A stretch of 64,000 bases of DNA, from NCBI GenBank assembly GCA_963841575.1, contig CAWJDC010000006.1, positions 256,835 to 320,834 of the forward strand. Reading direction: 5' to 3'. The first letter of the stretch is position 1. Each line of letters begins with the position of its first letter. The translations under genes and the position numbers were made by a program. Shown piece after piece: positions 63,921-64,000 of this stretch. The notes beneath the pieces are model-generated. The model searched no databases, had not been told where the DNA came from, and was given only the letters and a program-made list of their open reading frames with translations. This stretch comes from an uncultured Alphaproteobacteria bacterium (GTDB taxonomy: Bacteria; Pseudomonadota; Alphaproteobacteria; Rhizobiales; Xanthobacteraceae).

Positions 63921-64000
63921 TACCGCACGTTACCGCATGGACGAGGGAACCAAGACCAAGCCGGTCGATTGTTCCCGGCTTTGGCTTGGCCCCCGTCAGG

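Overview
High-GC alphaproteobacterial chromosomal segment. Gene content, codon bias and the 'ccgggcttgacccgg' REP hairpins suggest Bradyrhizobiaceae/Nitrobacteraceae (inference). It holds about 60 protein genes and I found no rRNA, tRNA, CRISPR array, transposase or integrase. Left to right: tolB-pal, an RND efflux pair, cpoB-tilS-ftsH, and a ParE/RelE-type toxin-antitoxin pair. Then an L,D-transpeptidase, DUF4424, and GMC, LLM and DUF2478 genes. Next is an ECF sigma / anti-sigma / S8 protease / radical-SAM operon facing a secreted Gly-repeat, His-rich protein. After it come three MBL-fold genes, RraA, MFS and Rrf2, then a 750-bp repeat-rich intergenic region. A small-acid catabolic/transport block follows (two orphan TctC/Bug binding proteins, ketopantoate-reductase-like, RraA, MFS, RidA). 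Then a ClC channel, an orphan Rieske protein, a TPP enzyme, TetR, USP and a cytochrome c. glcD-(LLM)-glcE-glcF follows, then a Lys/Ala-rich H1-like protein, a porin, a BacA/SbmA-type ABC transporter and a lactate permease. The right end holds an intact 896-aa secreted IPT/TIG + SLH protein, an AT-rich island with a small Cys/His-rich ORF, and a DUF1326/DUF2182 pair. It finishes with HD-GYP, a hemC-cytochrome c bicistron and a phasin. As sequenced, roughly 80 single-base frame changes (hand count) break most conserved genes, including essential ones (ftsH, tilS, tolB, pal). I read these as sequencing or assembly indels rather than real gene decay, and I give reconstructed gene spans typed as pseudogene. 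Best candidates for an undescribed system: (1) the sigma / anti-sigma / S8 / radical-SAM unit with its divergent Gly-repeat protein; (2) the IPT-SLH giant protein together with the neighbouring AT-rich island, Cys/His mini-ORF and DUF1326/DUF2182 module.
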